Shown in pieces: positions 33,576-34,647 of a stretch of 34,647 nt of DNA (within the stretch, counting starts at the first letter, position 1; each line of letters starts with the position of its first letter). The stretch lies in NCBI GenBank assembly GCA_001179505.1, contig CDMY01000663.1, forward strand, positions 1 to 34,647, written 5' to 3'. Both the position numbers and the translations under genes were made by a program. The notes under the pieces are model-generated. The model saw only the letters and a program-made list of their open reading frames with translations. It did not search any database and was not told the DNA's origin. Source of the stretch: Vitrella brassicaformis CCMP3155 (taxonomy: Eukaryota > Protista > Chromerida).

Positions 33576-34647
33576 CTCTCTCTGTATTGTGTTCCTTTCT
33601 TTTAAGACGGCTTCGTCTGCACACACGCGTTGATGTGAGTTTCTTATTCCCATGTAAGTAGGTGTGTATGTGATGTGTGTGGGGGGTGTATGTGTGTGCA
33701 CTAACTGAATGCGCCAACGTAGCCAGCCCCGAGAAAGCAAGTTTTTGCCTTTCCTTTCAGTCAGTCAGTTTAGCCCCTCCCCTCCCCCCCTCTCTCTCTC
33801 TGCACATACTCTATGTGTCTGTCTGTCTGTCCGTCTGCCTGTCAGTCAGTCAGTCAGTCTACCAACTCCCTCCCTCCCTACCATCCTTGGCTTTCCTTTC
33901 AACCGCAGCCACCCCACCCATCCACACAGATTTTCTAATCCTCCTCCTTCCTCCTTCAGTGGTAAGTAACTGTCTCTCTTGCTGTTTGCTTGATGTCTGC
34001 TGCTGCTGCTGCTGCTGGTGGTGGTTCTGCTACTAGGTCAGCCAGCCAGGTGGCCGAGAGGCGGGGGGTATTTTGTCAATCCGTGCCATGCCGTGCCGTG
34101 CCTGCGTGAGATGTGTGGTGTGGTGTGGTGTGTGGGGCAGCGTGTGGATTGGTGGTGTAGACGACGAGCGGACGGGGCGGCTAAGTTTTCTTTCTGACCG
34201 CTCCCGTCTGGCTGGCTGGTCGATAGATAGACTAGACGGACGGACAAACACACTGACTGGGTGGTGGGTGGAAGGAAGGATGGGGAGGGCACATCACACG
34301 TCGGGTGCGTAGGTTGGTGAGGATATGCTGACACACCGGGGGCACGCGCAGTGTGCACCCTCCTCCTCCTCCTCTTCTTCCCTCCCGGTGTCCGTCCATA
34401 CGAGTATGCCTGTCTGTCTGGCTGTCTGTCTGTGTATGTGTGTGGAGGCGGCTGCGGTGTGGGCGGGGTGTGGGTGCGTACGTCCATTCAAGGGCTGCTG
34501 CTGCTGTATTTTTGTGCTTTTGTGTTGTATATATATGTGTGTCTCTTCTTCTCTGGTGGTGATGTATGTCTGTCTGTCTCTCTCTGGCGTGCACTGCAGA
34601 CGGGGACTCCAGCCCAGCCATGGAGGGGGGAGCTCTCTCTGGGGGGG

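Overview
Intron-rich, GC-rich eukaryotic genomic DNA with microsatellite-laden introns and seven 300-N assembly gaps. The apicomplexan-type ATP synthase subunit d and the intron style suggest a chromerid such as Vitrella brassicaformis (inference, not verified). All gene models were spliced by hand from GT/GC-AG sites with phase checks. Apparently intact genes: a divergent GT17/MGAT3-like protein, a Gpc1/GPCAT (DUF2838) acyltransferase, 17-exon ATP synthase subunit d, a probable signal-peptide-bearing beta-barrel (OEP24-like) protein, a secreted bacterial-type phytase-like protein, an Fe-SOD with a GC-AG intron, an orphan coiled-coil/RGG protein and a CCCH-type zinc-finger protein. From about 9.2 to 20.5 kb lies a decaying accessory region. 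It holds a multiply disrupted TKL/IRAK-like kinase pseudogene followed by tandem and inverted pieces of a ubiquitin-specific protease (C19) gene; the Cys box, His box and Asp motif are all recognisable but no copy is complete and intact. Four head-to-head gene pairs are separated by only about 180-240 bp and share a TGCGAGC(T/C)/TTCAAA motif. No rRNA, tRNA, CRISPR array or autonomous transposon was recognised.
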